In this document: one piece after another, positions 63,818 through 64,000 of the stretch | How positions within the stretch are numbered: the stretch's first letter is position 1 | How the letters are laid out: every line of letters begins with the position of its first letter | DNA from: Spirochaetota bacterium | Lineage (GTDB): Bacteria > Spirochaetota > UBA6919 > CBDBPB01 | Direction of reading: 5' to 3' | Length of the DNA stretch: 64,000 nt | Assembly (NCBI GenBank): GCA_965208615.1 | Contig: CBDBPB010000007.1 | Span: forward strand, 128,001-192,000 | Program-made: the position numbers and the translations under genes | Notes under the pieces: generated by a model | What the model was told of the DNA's origin: nothing | The model's database searches: none | Seen by the model: only the letters and a program-made list of their open reading frames with translations

Positions 63818-64000
63818 AATTCAGTTATTAGTAAAATAATTTTGATTAGCATTTATATGCAAGCTTTGAAAGGTTAATAATATAACCGTATTAGAAATAT
63901 AATAAATATACTAATACTAAAATTAATTAAAGACAAAGCCTTACTAACAATCAAATATAGCTATTTTTTAAGAAGCTTATCCAGCATAACGTTAATGGAC

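Overview
AT-rich bacterial chromosome segment, most likely from a spirochaete. Clues are the GyrB motif [12 protein letters not shown], dciA-gyrB, cheX, eukaryote-type GlyRS, tRNA-Arg(UCG), groEL without adjacent groES, and Bdr-like proteins. Housekeeping genes flank a ~31.5 kb phage-derived element (~11.5-43.0 kb) lying between trxB and a 7-tRNA cluster. The element encodes a contractile tail: sheath, tube, G/GT chaperone with a GGGAAAG -1 frameshift, LysM initiator, hub, spike, wedge, baseplate J and three fibres. It also has a lysis cassette and a Mu-like regulatory remnant (CI-like repressor, Xis-like HTH, DUF3102, GemA-like). I see no terminase, portal, capsid, integrase or transposase, so it reads as a candidate tailocin or extracellular contractile injection system. 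Unusual traits are an Ntox44-like toxin domain fused to the hub, four paralogues of one unknown domain at the tape-measure position, seven tandem Bdr-like genes where the head module should be, and a promoter motif with 9-bp direct repeats ahead of the late operons. The right flank carries tig, an inserted metalloprotease, tyrS, amgK/murU-like genes, a porin, ATP-citrate lyase, groEL, folB, a CDF transporter and bioC. Several genes carry single-base indels, which may be long-read errors. All family assignments come from motif recognition by eye, not database searches.
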